A DNA stretch of 64,000 nucleotides, from assembly GCA_001643675.2 (NCBI GenBank), contig LSRY02000032.1, forward strand, positions 124,001 to 188,000. Direction: 5' to 3'. The notes beneath the pieces are model-generated. The model was given only the letters and a program-made list of their open reading frames with translations, searched no databases and was not told the origin of the DNA. This document shows positions 45,901-54,900 of this stretch, one piece after another. The translations under genes and the position numbers were made by a program. The stretch is from Monocercomonoides exilis PA203 (taxonomy: Eukaryota > Protista > Preaxostyla). Position 1 is the stretch's first letter. The number at the start of each line of letters is the position of its first letter.

Positions 45901-47296
45901 ATGAGGAAGACAAAGATGAGGAGGATGGAGAAAAAGATGATGGCTGAGAAGACAAATTTTCTAAAGAGTGATCGGACGATGAATTTTTGCGAGAAATGAA
46001 TAGGACCTGCTCTTCATTGCCAATCGCGTCGCGGCTTTCGTCTTCAAAAAATGCATCATCAGATGTTGGCAATGTGTCTTCGCGCAAATCAATGGCATGT
46101 TCTTTTCCTGTGTCAATGTTTTCTTCAATATTTTCGCACTCTTCGGTTTGCTCTCTGGTAGAAATAATACCTTTCTCTTCTTTAAGAATTTTGTTAGCCT
46201 TGTTGTCCGTCTCAGAATCCTTAAAGTGCCTTTGGAGAAAAGGAAAGAATTTTATCATCAGTTTTTCGAAGTTATGACTCTGAAATGATGATGAATTTGA
46301 ATTTGAAGCGTTTAAAGAAGAAACGTTTGCCGCATGTAAAATGTCTATTTTTTTTTCAGATTTAAATATACAAAAATTATTGGCATTTTTTGGAGAAAGA
46401 GAATGATCCTGAACTGAAGAATGTGCATCTGTGTGAAATATCGAAATTTTTTCTGTATTATCTTTACAAGATGGATAATGGACATCTGCATTGAGTAACT
46501 CAACGGATATATAATCTGTATTTGCCAATAGTGATGACAGCAATATTAATAGTAACGAAATTGAATCTGACGATACGTTAAAAAGTTTAGTAGTTGTCTT
46601 GATCATGAAGTCTTTCTTGAAATTTTGATGCAGCCCTATTTTCTTTGCTAAAAACATATGAAATTGAGCAATAAATTCTTTTGCATTTGGATAAGAATTT
46701 TTAAGACAAATGTTTTCAGTTTTACCTTCAAAAAATTCATTTTTAAAGAAATGAATTGCTTCATTCCAAAGTTTCAATTGTGAACGAATAGAAAATTTCT
46801 TGCAATAATTTTTTAAATCAACTAAAGTTGAAATGTCACCTGAATAAGCTGCTGAAGTTCCAATTCCTTCGATGCAATGCGAACAAAATGGAGACAATGA
46901 TAATCCTTTAACAAAAGCAATTTTTGCCGTATATGTCGCATAGCATAAAAGAGAGACATCTCCCATTCTTTCCCAGTATTTGTGGTCATACTTTGCTTTG
47001 GGTAAATTTCGAGCATTTAGCAAAAAACCAAGAGATATATTGTAATTTTTCATTTTAAAAGAAATTTCTGAAAGCATATCAAGAACTTTCCAATATAAAG
47101 TTTGTTGCTTATGTCTCAAATGTTTGCGCAAATAAATTTCTTGTAATTTTTCTTCAGCTAAATCGAGTTGTCCGGATTTGAAATATTCGTTTGCAAGTTG
47201 GAAGATATTCTCGATAGAATCTAACTCTTCGCTTTCGTCATTGCATTCACGTAATTTTTTAACTCCATTTTGCATTAAAATATGCAAAGCAAGCAC
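36959..47296 (-). CDS. 3445-aa TPR-containing protein, Cabin1/Hir3-like (HIRA histone chaperone complex subunit)
   Basis: N-terminal TPR block ..YWERMGDVSLLCYATYTAKIAFVKGLSLSPFCSHCIEGI parallels Cabin1 [33 protein letters not shown]. Internal CDLILNPKRVKTWLFLS parallels DICICPNRFDSW, and EPLLHLYTLRLK parallels EPHYKL. The true start may be the ATG at 47275 or an upstream exon. Confidence 0.65.
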   Translation of the reverse strand: MLALHILMQNGVKKLRECNDESEELDSIENIFQLANEYFKSGQLDLAEEKLQEIYLRKHLRHKQQTLYWKVLDMLSEISFKMKNYNISLGFLLNARNLPKAKYDHKYWERMGDVSLLCYATYTAKIAFVKGLSLSPFCSHCIEGIGTSAAYSGDISTLVDLKNYCKKFSIRSQLKLWNEAIHFFKNEFFEGKTENICLKNSYPNAKEFIAQFHMFLAKKIGLHQNFKKDFMIKTTTKLFNVSSDSISLLLILLSSLLANTDYISVELLNADVHYPSCKDNTEKISIFHTDAHSSVQDHSLSPKNANNFCIFKSEKKIDILHAANVSSLNASNSNSSSFQSHNFEKLMIKFFPFLQRHFKDSETDNKANKILKEEKGIISTREQTEECENIEENIDTGKEHAIDLREDTLPTSDDAFFEDESRDAIGNEEQVLFISRKNSSSDHSLENLSSQPSSFSPSSSSLSSSSASFQSPELQAQMMKHEFVSNFVRSVGTPSEEKKSVVVLHTSSTLHNLLRIICFECNRQRGRATRGKSNEQKESPSQSSDSEHSHSQSTFVDFYDLTELLPETAIFSTKWTRAAQLLVFISIAHVDKFAVLEPELLLVGAEIAADLLLMLASKMNSESVAGMIRGCIGKESPTADWMKNLQHDQEAYEVLSLFFSLKSGEVANKWKELFGSPSEKANNLPKNASMFTMFLKNSFLIESDTLSHIRSLTAYLVKRQLEQMLFQYITRLDDLLTLGKLPKLKQLNLQSFKSRLDFVHLLEEVACLPAFVKEANKLKIHSQIQQCKTHFPLKGKESNKNYSIDSDTASQESQESQEIFLPHMLHFEPSELNLELLSRISEYVDRAADYEQVTSLLLSLIPLKIVHSPSTAFSFSSSFSSSFSSSFSSSFSSSSSSSSSSSSSSTSSLSSFPQNATQQNEISAEKYCLNTEMHNSQPISLETFLSVEKPEEACNKDTNAHLFSSQLLRIHTFEQRSLYSNSSIEESKTQHSQPILKDSSSSVASASASASSSSAANESAKPSVPQKQSIISQSEYSFQSLVYHLCAVSTCCEKSNEIFQPLIDTASDYDRKVDLFSPSMLSLLLQINIALLPNLEKIGISLLSLVPSQFGSFRSDLINAASEGGNMDVISQQIRVELNAIVSFVTKSTFLFLSSLNQSRSFLEANKENLSISTFCAVILLNFSYAGIFVQYISHTPGNNANQKQEFQPAIPIQTTRLIQCIQFELFSLTPLIASLSTSLQAPYLSCLINVLSLQDVKMIHLLKSLDPRGTMHYLQTFTNSSSKSTSNRRTNISLSAATSRQHKEKQQTFVELESQAFSLPASKTLPATYNFHEKLHNYFSAQAMRSNTSPPTHPSNEHDFSSSSSSLFSFCSECHTLLSSVSSCSSCNSIFLRTVVFLLIPFLDPFFFVYRNKSHFSASAIASLRKAEMQPQLTLHPPPLPPPLHSSQTATMSNRKQNKHKNQSNTVDLEKNPVIVLGDDADTTAEIVVDELDDFSYYAPELIIDDEDDDDNEDGEEKGEEVVEEQYFNSNFIDDGDDEDSSDVVVEEDDDVIISTPSNRISPTHFPHSTEHHSSFSSQEFSSSSSVSYPQSTSSATLRNNSILLLNAVEFPYNNIPFIECSLFTLESLFVQCVACLNKISAPFLLSVNNVQNFEEHASNSNEHDKATGFLTFPRYSQLALVHVILSDSNSVNSLASLYSESSDSNPRNVFELPPKLVFAPDVFQTSHQSDSVYQMSTLHLIDTYAQLHPYFILFRMRQNEARYILNNLFIRFESKLFIPQATFSCLCSYMNCEGIALKPTRMIQDSANMLDSISSDDNSSSSSSLLSASSSSMIPSVSLPLSHLKNEPLLKDRFSHPLFSLTFSYFPLSPVSISAIQCDLILNPKRVKTWLFLSYVLNYLLMQKLRSQILSSKFASDVVLAEMQDHSYFDPKKELDDCIDEENNEIECDSGDSMGEEKGDNKVCNQIDMQRDFAFCFLKSKHQKKEYFIDEFFKSIRNSLSLEKPQKSHKTENEAALSIEDYKALSLKSLHNAFECSSNPSFRQLAYSIEGETHQMLISYTRRQMKKLHVNRTYHTCQFKEEFGQNSLKGISDMDALQRLKQKLSQIKETLQYIKKEGVKQWLFPDRVFSSCANNENAFLSEDLNSLSAPHRLLSASSPSALTSPFGIASVQSASVTSPTSPASIQISFTENGPSTDFFPVSQTPFSQSAQTASSSSAFSSTKIVSDALIAHSTLRNLKIQRRKSVMENKLYEHCLFHLFSYHQYAAYLLFQTRIQTLRIIFSSNLCKALSHSIENRCLPSKANEVSNTSHTSSGIETIDLTDSEQRPKRHDFIWCSSYCTHLPQTLLLLSQTLTKVSLDSFLVQSLLCIECALAAIKSEDEEDDSIIMVEDNGKNIVQIPSFVLHETYSSIKEALNQRIKEQDLIQKLEKVKPALINLRTSFLIPFDVKGGSSDRLNIFALKSASAFEPLLHLYTLRLKVIRKCSFNISIAFCQNTNIFAESELQSSEIGWQHFGHESQNSYFVDDIGMEDDNIKLLSPFEGIALNKGQLSEQDFRRKWKLLLEYLNTLIVVESLHHHAPTDLRPIVALSSALLSLRLPLLSLWWIYAAFAVPFNAQTIHRMRLLHSEQECSAICLGSVSGIDAIHIQESTMKLALQTATSEVNKKMEQKSSPVSIIQERNISQLSHISINPSSTNNSMEHLSLPSSKTSKLPFDSNKIKENSSDHEAFFPLDEMISMNSQFHVQEQFSRCISLCIISSTEVVSIIINKFLNLINFSSPFAFAQTKQIILPSNSLITASLEEQGKNQSNAFSYVTTNISSKQEHLCDILDFLLLFCGQQLTFAEELTPSSVVAPSNPFKQELQQFIRSHFQMSSPVNSPKITSSIQKENAQCCSTDVSSSCLLPLKMSSIQMFIQFPQRSSAHLQYLPLRILTSFSWSWMLADVPLHSSANYPTHPKYALPIPLSLLLQLSTPYFANTLSSGTGRSDPLAFLAALVKDLSIYPTFCSEDSVFKLSCTIAYLSLQASASLLVVLYFFTLNTLYDLLDKSVRLGSRSLFSFPFCRPVCGRFILSNALFALSVVLSILRKPTNQRAKAGEDKQKCSFFSETFSAKGAFAQWKDLVAHRLLIQPNKLSELRRVVKEEREILVKNDWHFHVRSWVNSYSNEKDFSIEVESKLDAMKSNATQKLNRILHPEISNELNQNDEKEEMENETKKATGNSTKHKPTVIYDDDYAQEAKEPSDSTDSTSISSNFTEKSNIISSTEPMADSSIYFLRFAWNLPLKHARLQKDMNNYEVITQTISDVYKEFLFLSAEFASVTSILDDGIASIDVFHNFLKKCLGIVYAVDKVRNGLFLELVAPTCQFPRNAVPLLASMAGLNDSSLSAYFPEQISKDIRLWEGLNGPILPNLQTSEQILEFISAKQKIESRVESRNILKRKKKEQ

Positions 47297-47819
47297 AACT
47301 GCAACTGAAAAGAAAGAATAAACAATTTAATTGATCATTATAACCTTCACAAATTTTTCAAAAGATAAAAATTTTTCGTAACTGTATAAAAGAAACATCA
47401 TCGTTTTGAAGAAACATAATCTTTAGAAATAAACGATATTCTCTATTCTATTATTTTTATATTTAATTTTTTTTATTTTTTTTATTTTTTTTTTTTATTT
47501 TTTTTTTTTTGTTTTTTTGAAAAGAAATTTTTTTTTATCAAAAACTGGAAAAACAAGATTTTTAAAAAAAAATTATATTTTTTTGAAACGAACAAATTAT
47601 TAATCCGAGGAATAGAAAATTCTTGTAACATACATTTACAATTTAAATTCACAAATATTGTGTCATATTTAATTTCTGTTTTCATTTCGATTCAGCCTCC
47701 AATTTTTATGTCCAAAATTTTCAAAGAAATAATAAAACAGTTCATGAATACTGAATTTTCAAATTTCTTCATAAAATACAGTTATAACATGCACAGTTCA
47801 ATCGAATTTCAAATATGGC

Positions 47820-48079
47820 GTGTGTGATTATTTTTGAAAGTGTATTTTTTCTTTCAAAATATTTCAGTTCGAAAATATTGCTTGAATTTCAACAAATAAA
47901 CACTGAAAAATGAATCGGCTTGTTGAAGAAATCTTCATCTTTATTTGAGTGGATACATTTATTTTTTATACGATTGTTATGAATTAAGCATTTGGATGTT
48001 AATTTTTTTCCGAAAACAAATAATTTTTCGAAAAAACAACACCCCGAAAAAAGAAATGACTTCAAAAAAAAAACCACAT
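47820..48079 (+). mobile_element. ~260-bp MITE-like unit of the same family
   Basis: GTGTGTGATTATTTTTGAAAG..TTTCAGTTCGAAAAT..AAATAAACACTGAAAA..; right end AAAAAACAACACCCCGAAAAAAGAAATGACTTCAAAA..CCACAT. A further left end (GATGATTATTTTTGAAAC) begins at ~48101. Confidence 0.65.
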
Positions 48080-49053
48080 TATGTTGAAAATAAGTCAAGA
48101 GTTGATGATTATTTTTGAAACAATCTCAATTTTTTTCCCAAAAATTTTGATCACAAAAAATCAATAATATTGATTTTTTCGAAAAGTTCCTTTTATTAGA
48201 TTTTCAAAAAAAGAAAAAATATCACATTACAATCAAGTTTTTGTTCTCACTCACCAAATTTTGCTGTTATAAAAACAAATGCTTCACGATGTTATTATTT
48301 CCAGTTTAGTGAAATTTCGTTCGTTGTAACAGAAAATTGATAAAAATATGAATTTTTTATTTTATTGGAAAATTTAACAAAAGGGACTTTTCAAATAATT
48401 AAGACATATAAAGTTCGGAAATTTATTTTGAAAAAGTTTGAAAAAAACATGTGTCACAGATTAAAATTTTTTATATCATGTCCAACTGTGATTAAAAATC
48501 CACGTCAGTATTTGTTTTTTAATAAAAAACTTTATTTTCACTGATTTTTAGGTTTTTCTTAATACAAATCGAATTTTTTATTTAATTCGTTTTATAGAAT
48601 TCTTCATCCTTCCCCTTGTTTCATAGAAAAACCAAAAATTTCACCTTCCAGATACAAATTCCATTGACAGCCACCGACTTCACTGTCGGTCCGATGTGCA
48701 AAAAATTCCAAATTTGACTTTTTGTCAATTTCCTTTTTGAAAAATGTATTTTTATTCTTTGCCTGTTTGGATTAAAATTTATCGATATTTGCATTAAAAA
48801 CTTCTTTTTCACAAGTTGAAGTTCTGACGTGAAATTAATCTCTCAATCCATCAGGAACCCAAATTTATCTGTCAAAAGTTTCAAAGTTACACATGTTTTA
48901 CTGAAGTTGTATATTTTTCCTTATTTTGAGTTTAATTTAATAAATTATCAAAAAAATTAACTATTTATCAAAAAAACAATAAAAAAAACATCAAGAAAGA
49001 AAGAAAGAAAGAAAGAAAAAGTGAAAGAAAAAAGGAAAAAGAAAAAAGAAATA

Positions 49054-49718
49054 TAGTTGGTGTTTATAATGGTGGACACTTTCTATAACTGTGGACAGCA
49101 GACTTTTCACAACAACCGTTGAAAGTTACATTGAGATTATAAACCCAACTATTCCCTAATTTAATACAAACTAATTAGTCACACAAAAATGAAACAACAT
49201 GGGTGATTATTTTTGAAATCACATTTTTTCTTTCGAAAATTTCGGTTCGAAAATTTCTTTCAAATGTCAACCAATGAACACCGAAAAGTGAACAAACATT
49301 TTCATGACCTCTTAATTTTAATTTCAGATTATGCATTAGCTTTTGAAACAATTGTGATAATTTCAGCATTTGAATACAAAATCTCTTCCCAAAGGAAAAC
49401 AATTTTTGAAAAATCAACATCCGTAAAAAAGATTTGATTTCAATAATAATCACCCATATGCTCCCAAGAATCAAAAACTTAACAGATTCAATTTTCGGAG
49501 TAACTCGAAGAATCTTATTTCTCCGAATTTCTCCGAAAATAAAAAGTAAGATTTAAGTGATTCCATTGTGATGTGTGAATGAAAATAACGATTCGTATTA
49601 GTTCATATTCAATAAGGGAATAGTTGGGTCTATTATGGAAATGCAACTATAAATGGTTATTGAGTTAATGCGACTGTCCACAGTTATTGAAAGTGTCCAC
49701 CATTATTAACACTAACTA
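49054..49718. mobile_element. Non-autonomous DNA transposon (Tc1/mariner-like MITE) with ~125-bp imperfect TIRs, TA on both sides
   Basis: Left: TA|TAGTTGGTGTTTATAATGGTGGACACTTTCTATAACTGTGGACAG...AAACCCAACTATTCCCTAATT. Right, reverse complement: TA|TAGTTAGTGTTAATAATGGTGGACACTTTCAATAACTGTGGACAG...AGACCCAACTATTCCCTTATT. No transposase ORF inside. Confidence 0.85.
49199..49457 (+). mobile_element. 259-bp MITE-like unit nested inside the TA-flanked element
   Basis: 23-bp inverted ends ATGGGTGATTATTTTTGAAATCA / TGATTTCAATAATAATCACCCAT with 1 mismatch. Confidence 0.8.
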
Positions 49719-50359
49719 TATATACTGTTGTTGAAAGAAAAATATTGATATTTTGACAATTATATTCCTTTTGTTTATTTTATATGTTGATTAATGTCAA
49801 TACATATTATTTTCCTCAGACAAATCAAAATTGAACACAATGATTTGTTTAATCATGAATGAAAGTTATAAAAAATACCCATAAAAATATTTTGATAATC
49901 TTCACGAAATGGAAAATAAGAAATTTGAAGGATATTTGAAGAAGATACAATAAGAAATCGGAAACCATATAGTAATTTGGATTTTTAAGCATTTCATAAG
50001 AAAAGCATAGATTTTAGCATGCTATGAATTATGAATTTGAATTCTTCGTTTTTTTTTTTCATATTTAAAAAAATAAAGATAATATTTCTTTTGCATACGT
50101 TTTATAACAAAGAAATGTCAAGAATACACTTTTTTGCGCTCCGTTCGATCTTGGAAGGCAGAGCTCTACAGCTTTCTGGCAGTCTTTGCACATGCACTTC
50201 ATTTCGTAGAATAGGGGAGAATACGAGGAATTGAAAATTATTTCCCTTTTGTAAAAAAACCAATGAAATAGTAGGAAAATAATCAGAGAGAATCTCAAAG
50301 CAAAACGAAGAAAGCCATTATCAAGCCATCACATTTTTCTATCAGCCGCCACACTACAT

Positions 50360-51600
50360 CTCAATCTTCACAATTCAGTTAAACATCATCACCGCCCGCA
50401 TCATTATTTTCAACTGTATGGGAATGCCATCCAGCGCATCCAATTGACTTCGAGAACAGGCTTCCAAACATCATTTGGGGCGAAAATAACTTCTCATCAA
50501 ACAGGCAAAGACATCTGATAAGGAGTATCAGCACACCTGGAATGAGATAGTCTGCTCTATTCTCTCTATTTGATTGCAACAGAAAGAGAAATAAGCAAAT
50601 AGATCTGAATGAGATTCCTTCTTCTGATTCGAATTGGGCATCGAAGCTACAAAGAAGCAGCATCCATCGATTTCAGCGGATGCGAGTGCATTTTTTTGGA
50701 AGAGTTTGCAAAGAGTGCGAGAAGGAGCCGAGCGATCTGCTGGAGAATGCTGGAAAATGGAGACAAGGAACCTCTCTGTCTCCTTCTTCGTGCACTCCAT
50801 CTGGATCTTAATCAGCCGCACAACCTCTCACATTCGATACAACAAGTGATCTACAAAAAGAAATAGCAAAAGACAGGGAAGAATGGAACAGCAAATTTAT
50901 TGATGATGCATTTGATGTTTTTACTCAATCAACAATTCTGCGAGCACAAGCAGAGTCAGGAAACAAAGGGGATGCAAAACGAGATTCTCGAGAGATAGCT
51001 GCAAAACAAGTCATAATGATACCATTATCTTTGAATTCATTATGAGAATTGAAAGATAAATCAGCGGTGAACCGACAAGAAAAAGGACCACAGGAAGATT
51101 TCACACAATTTCATTTGAGCAGCAGATCAAATGATTTTGTGATAGAATGCAAGTGCGATGAAAAGAAATCAGGCCAATAAAGTTCGTGAATTACAACATG
51201 CTGAAGGACAGTCACAATCTTTTTGGAAGTCCAAGGCAGACTTGAAATTAGTTCTTTTCGATGGTTTCGCAGCTTCCAACAAGTAAAAGTTTTTCTGACC
51301 AAAGCAAAAAAGCAGCGAAGAAAAGCCAAATATTTTGCAAAGTTATTAATAAGACTGGTGCCATGAAGATAAACGGAATTCGAAACAGAAAAGGGAAGAA
51401 ACTTGAATGACTTCTCTGTTTGACAAGGAGTTCTCAATTTTTTGGAGCAGCAAACAGAAAAGAAGCAATGAAAAGCAGAGTGAGAATTTTTTTTGAAAAT
51501 TGTACAAAACTTCTGGAGAGGGCATTTTGCATTGGTGAAGAAGATTTGGGTGTTCCTGCATTTCAAAAGGCTACGAATTAACAAAGTATCTGATTCATTG
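50360..51600 (+). pseudogene. Probable decayed coding sequence, family not identified
   Basis: Coding-like GC in an AT-rich background. One + frame reads protein-like (TSDLQKEIAKDREEWNSKFIDDAFDVFTQSTILRAQAES..) with many scattered stops. Confidence 0.3.
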
Positions 51601-51944
51601 CTTCTTTTAATCATTACTTAAATGTATGATTGTTTGTTGCTTTTTTTATAATAATACTTAATTGACAGCTTTTTTATAGCTTCGTTTTGATTTTGTAATT
51701 TCGCTATGAAGAGCTTTGAAACCGAAAAAATAAAAAGATGAAGGATTATTGCAAACACAGGTCTTTCAGGAAAGGTTTCACTTGCACACGAGTTGATAGT
51801 TACAAAGCTTCTTTTTTCAATGATGAAACACAAAAACAACATAATAGTCGTCAAGCGGGAATATATGTCTTACTTTCACTTGAAAATGTTGATCAAACCC
51901 ATTTCAATTTTTATTGCAGGAAAATCTTGATTTTGAGAGTTCAC

Positions 51945-54900
51945 ATGAGATGGCTATGTGTTGTTCTGTTTTTTGGACAATTTTATTGCATCGCACAGCA
52001 ACATCCCATTCAGTTGAATGAACAGTCGAATGTGCCAGGATTATTGGAACAAGCCAAGCTCCACAAATTAACATATTCAGATGAAAGCTTTTTGGATGGA
52101 AAGAGCAACTCATTATCATTATTTTCCATGAACTCTATCTGGTGCACAATAAATACAAGCATTAAATTGATGAATGCATCACTGGAAATCAGAAAAGGGG
52201 GTTTTATAACAAAAGAGCAAGAACACATTGTGCATCTGGAAGGAGAGTCATTGCTTGTGCTGAATGATTGCAAGATAACTTCTTCTGGGCACTCGCAAAA
52301 AAGCCCAATTTGCCACCTTGGCGGGAACATCCATTTGCGCAATATGTCGTTTTGCACCACCGATTACAAAGCATTTTCAAGACCTCCAGTTGTATGGTCG
52401 CCAAGGAATCATTCATCAGCTATGGGTAATGGGAATCTGATTGCGGAAAATTCTGCATTTTCGTGCTTTGAACTGAAACAAGGATCATTTTTGTACTCAG
52501 AAAGCATCTCTTCTGTTTTGCTCACACAATCGCTCTTCTTCAACATCTCGACTTCCTCAACAAACAGACATCCTATTTTTTGCACAGAAAGTGCCTCTTC
52601 ATCGAAACTAAGCGGCTGTGTGTTTGACAATGTGGATGATGCGATCTATGGGGGAATTGTTGCTTCGATGAACAGCCAACAAACACAGCTTTTCACAACC
52701 AATTGCTCATTTGTGCAATGTTCACATTCTTCGAATGCTCGCAATGCATCAATTCATGCTGACATTTCAACTTCAACCTCTTTCATCTCAACAGATTTTG
52801 AGAGCTGCTCAGGAGAAAATGGTGGTGCAATAACAGCAGATAACAAGCCATCGCTTGCTCTTTGTATTGTTGATTGCACATTCAAGAATTGTTCTGGTTC
52901 ATCCGAAGCTGGAGCAATATTTGCCAACAACATTATGTGCGTGAACATCAAGCAATCAAACTTCTCTGGTAATTCGGCTGGAGATAGAGGCACAACTGAA
53001 TTTTTAAATGTCTCGACTGAATTCTATATTGGAGATTGCCAATTTAAATCAGGAAGAGCAACAAAGGTTAACCTAGCCTTTATTGTTACAACATATGTTG
53101 GAGCAACAAGCCGTGAATGCATCTGTCCCAATGAACACTCTGAAAATTGTGCAAATTCTTCAAGTTTTTTTTCAACAAATTTTGGAGGTTCATTATCAAA
53201 GCGAAAAGAAACATGGCATTCAAGGAATCAGAAAAGAAATGACGAAGAGGGAAGTTTGGTTGAGAGATGTTCATTTCAATATGGCTCGGTAGCAGGAGTT
53301 GGAGGCGTCGGATCGATTTAGCATTGTAAGAGCCCTTTTTTAATGAGAGAATGCGACTTCCAGCACAACAGAGCAAATGGTAGTTATGCTGGAGGAATCG
53401 AATTATATCTTTCGAAAGGTTTTTTCCTTCCAAGAATATGGTTGTCTTATTGCTATTTTAACAACAATTCTGTTGTTGGGGGAGTAGGAATTGACATTTT
53501 TTTTCATTGTTCTTCAGATTATGATGTTACTTCAGAATTGCTTTTCAATTGTTTCACATCAGAAAAATCTTCAATGAGCGTGAGCGATAGTACGAATAGT
53601 TTTTCTGATTGGATTGGTGAAACACTGATTGAAAGGTTTGTGAGCACATCTGGCTCAGACAATGAGAGTATGTGCGGAAAAAGTGAATCTGATGCCTGCC
53701 TGACAATTGGATATGCAACAAGCCAATTTGTGAACGGGATTGATTGCAGCATTTTGCTTATGGGAGAGAGATTTGAACAAGAGGATACAACAATTGAGGT
53801 GGGAGATAGGAGGGTTGAAATCAGAGGCAAGGGAAGGACAGCCACAACAATCAGCTCTCAACTTTTGGAGAATGGAAAAGAAGCGCTGTGCTTGGTGAGA
53901 GAAGGACGAATGTCAATGAAAAGTCTGGCTTTGGTGAGGGTGTGCGAAGAGGAGCACCATCAGATGCAAAGCATGATTGTGCTGAAAACAGAAACAGGAG
54001 TTGGGAGAATAGATTTGAGTGATGTGAGGATTAAGGGGAAAAAAGCAACAGAATTGTTGAGTTTCAGTGCTCCTCTTCTGAAGGCAGAAGGAGGAGAGAT
54101 GAGTCTAAATAATGTGGAATGCACGTCGATTCGCTCTTCCGTTCCTCTTTTGTCTCTTTCAGGTGGAGGGTTGCTGGAGATGAAGCTGTGCAACATCAAC
54201 AGCATCGAGTCAATCGGTGACTGTCCGAGTGTTGTTGATGGATTATCATCAAAGGGGATATTATCGTGTTCAGAGTGTGGTTTTGAAGGGTGTGCAGCAA
54301 GTGTTAGCAAATGGGGCGGATGCATGAAATTCGCTGTGGATGCAAATATTGAAGCGATTTTGCTGAATGGCACTTTGTTTGATGGATGCGAAGCATCGGC
54401 AGAGGCGGATGATGAAACAAAAAGTGGAAGAGGAGGTGGGATATATTTGGAAGTCACACTTGGATCAGGGATAAAAATGACAGAACTTCAGTTTTCTGGA
54501 AACAAGGCAACATATGGGCGAGATATCTATTTTGTGTGTGAGGATCTTCGGGTGAGTGCTACTCAAGTGTTGTTTCCGTTTTGGAGCTCGATTGAGAACA
54601 AAGAGAATTCGCTGTTCGGGAGCGATCACCAGGTGGCAAGGGGATGTGATGTTGATCTGTTTGTGTTTCTTTCAGGATTTTTGGGGAAAGAGGTGTATGT
54701 TGGGCAGAGCGGAGAGGATGCAGCATATTGTGGACATGCGCTGTATCCGTGCAAAACACTGAGTGAGAGCATGAAGCATTTGGACTCTGTTGAGGGAGAC
54801 GGAAGAATTCTTGTGAATGAAAATCTGGAATGTGGGAAGCAGTTGAATGTCTCTGGCGTGATTGTGAAAGGGATTGAGTCTTCGGAAGCAGTTGGAATGG

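Noticed and set aside
48673-48690. ACCGAC-N6-GTCGGT hairpin as a Helitron end or terminator
   Set aside because: Only a 6-bp stem with no correctly placed CTRR end; compatible with chance.
53289-53321. 33-nt GT..AG mini-intron removing the first in-frame stop
   Set aside because: It is GC-rich, unlike the AT-rich introns here, and encodes the GG repeat motif. No equivalent in-frame intron was found at the second stop.
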